Under the pieces are notes generated by a model. That model was given only the letters and a program-made list of their open reading frames with translations. It did not search any database and was not told where the DNA came from. Made by a program: the position numbers and the translations under genes. This document shows, piece after piece, positions 63,441-64,000 of a DNA stretch of 64,000 nucleotides; position 1 is the first letter of the stretch, and each line of letters begins with the position of its first letter. Source of the stretch: Antechinus flavipes (taxonomy: Eukaryota); NCBI RefSeq assembly GCF_016432865.1, contig NC_067403.1, forward strand, positions 118,482,001-118,546,000. Reading direction: 5' to 3'.

Positions 63441-64000
63441 ATGATGTGTGTGGGTGTAAATGTGGGTGTGGGTGGGTATTGTTAATATTACTGCAATTTA
63501 CCCACATATCCTCTAATCACTCTAAAGGGAAGGTGGTACTTTAAATCCATAGCAACATTGCTATGTTTTTGTTGGTAGTCCCATATTGATATGGGATTCA
63601 TCTTGACAGATGGGGACTCCATTTAGCCAGCCAGATGTCCTGAGCAAGATGACGCTGGCAATATGTAAAACTCTGCAAATGACTCAGTCTCTACTCAGAA
63701 CAGTGACAGTTTGAATCCTGTTTCTCCATCTTCCAAGTTACTAAAGATAACTGAACTCCTTTGATCAGCTTTAGGACTAAAACATTTTCAAAGACAGAAA
63801 CAAAATTCAGTCACTTTTAAATTGGCAGAGGCTTTCTAATTTCAATGGCCAGATTTTGAAAGTTGGTGATCTTTTCCATCCATAACATTTTGGGGGGATA
63901 GGGGGACAGAAATTAACATGAAAATATATAAGCACATCAAAAATAGAAACCTATTTGTACTTTTTATTTGAGATCAGAATACTCTTGGTTGACTTCAAAT

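Overview
This is AT-rich, non-coding mammalian DNA from a draft assembly with five N gaps. The repeat content points to a marsupial, most likely an Australian dasyurid such as the Tasmanian devil; that assignment is inferred from recognised repeats (WSINE1, Mar1, MdoRep1-like SINEs, an OC1-like hAT MITE, a devil-type L1 3' end). I recognise no host protein-coding gene, rRNA, tRNA gene or CRISPR array. The listed ORFs are gap artefacts, low-complexity runs, LINE fossils (L1 ORF2, L2 and CR1 reverse transcriptase) or chance ORFs. The window reads as a large intron or intergenic region layered with transposons of many ages, several of them nested. The most notable features are: a 190-bp OC1-like hAT MITE from a family reported as horizontally transferred; a complete 570-bp solo LTR with 5-bp TSDs and a hairpin-forming tandem array in U5; a truncated ERV 3' end with its polypurine tract; a CpG-retaining unique block at about 15.5-16.4 kb; and a candidate minus-strand first exon at about 63.3 kb. 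I found no evidence for a novel multi-gene system. Repeat family names come from memory of consensus sequences, not from a search, and repeat boundaries are approximate unless TSDs or TIRs are quoted.
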